This document shows positions 63,670-64,000 of a stretch of 64,000 nucleotides of DNA, in pieces; the stretch's first letter is position 1; every line of letters starts with the position of its first letter. Below the pieces are notes generated by a model. It worked only from the letters and a program-made list of their open reading frames with translations. It made no database searches and was not told where the DNA came from. The DNA comes from an uncultured virus (IMG/VR IMGVR_UViG_3300009128_000012) (taxonomy: Duplodnaviria; Heunggongvirae; Uroviricota; Caudoviricetes): IMG/VR virus record IMGVR_UViG_3300009128_000012. One strand, given 5' to 3'. Position numbers and translations under genes: made by a program.

Positions 63670-64000
63670 TTACCCAAACGAAGAGGGCCGGCGCATGCTG
63701 CTGGCCATCACGCAGGCGCTGGACACAACCATATTGCTAGGCCACAACCGCGATCCAGCCACAGGCGTGGTCGTCGACGGCCGAGGCAAGCCCTATACAC
63801 AGTTCGTGGGCGACCACGTCGTCAAGCCCAAACCCGGCGACATCGTCAAGTGCATGTCAGCGCGGGAGCCGCACAAGTGGGCCATCGCACGCTTCCTCGA
63901 GGAGGGTGAAGGCAGCGGTGGTGGCTGGTCGGGCCGCTACTACCTGATGCAGGAGTTGGGCAACCCGAAGAGCATCGTGCGCATGTTCAACGAGAGCCTG
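63659..64000 (+). CDS. Hypothetical protein (partial)
   Basis: ATG at 63659 (MAADYPNEEGRRMLL), open to the window edge. Confidence 0.5.
   Translation, partial: MAADYPNEEGRRMLLAITQALDTTILLGHNRDPATGVVVDGRGKPYTQFVGDHVVKPKPGDIVKCMSAREPHKWAIARFLEEGEGSGGGWSGRYYLMQELGNPKSIVRMFNESL

Overview
This window is a segment of a high-GC, tailed dsDNA phage or prophage genome with a contractile (myovirus) tail. No terminase, integrase, DNA polymerase, tRNA or CRISPR array was seen. 1-31.9 kb (minus strand) is one morphogenesis operon: portal, a 913-aa multidomain XkdF-type prohead protease, acidic scaffold, major capsid, neck genes, sheath, T4 gp19-like tube, a tail chaperone with a candidate -1 frameshift (CCCTTTC), tape measure, an eCIS/P2-like baseplate and a truncated tail fibre. 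The gene set resembles prophages I recall from Myxococcota/Deltaproteobacteria (recall, not a search). 32-38.3 kb (plus) is a divergently transcribed fibre/Ig-like and holin/spanin-like block. 38.3-40 kb (minus) holds a signal-peptide lytic transglycosylase and an RHH-dNMP kinase fusion. 40-64 kb is accessory/early genes: Fis-like HTH, HNH, DNA methyltransferase, MazG, macro domain, SLOG/DprA-like, dNK, stand-alone TSCPD, an envelope/signalling cluster (lipoprotein, Cys-repeat membrane protein, very basic secreted protein, TM coiled coil plus receiver domain, HEXXH peptidase), a two-Cys DsrC/TusE, a catalytically dead XkdF paralog and many small hypotheticals. All family calls are from motif recognition by eye.
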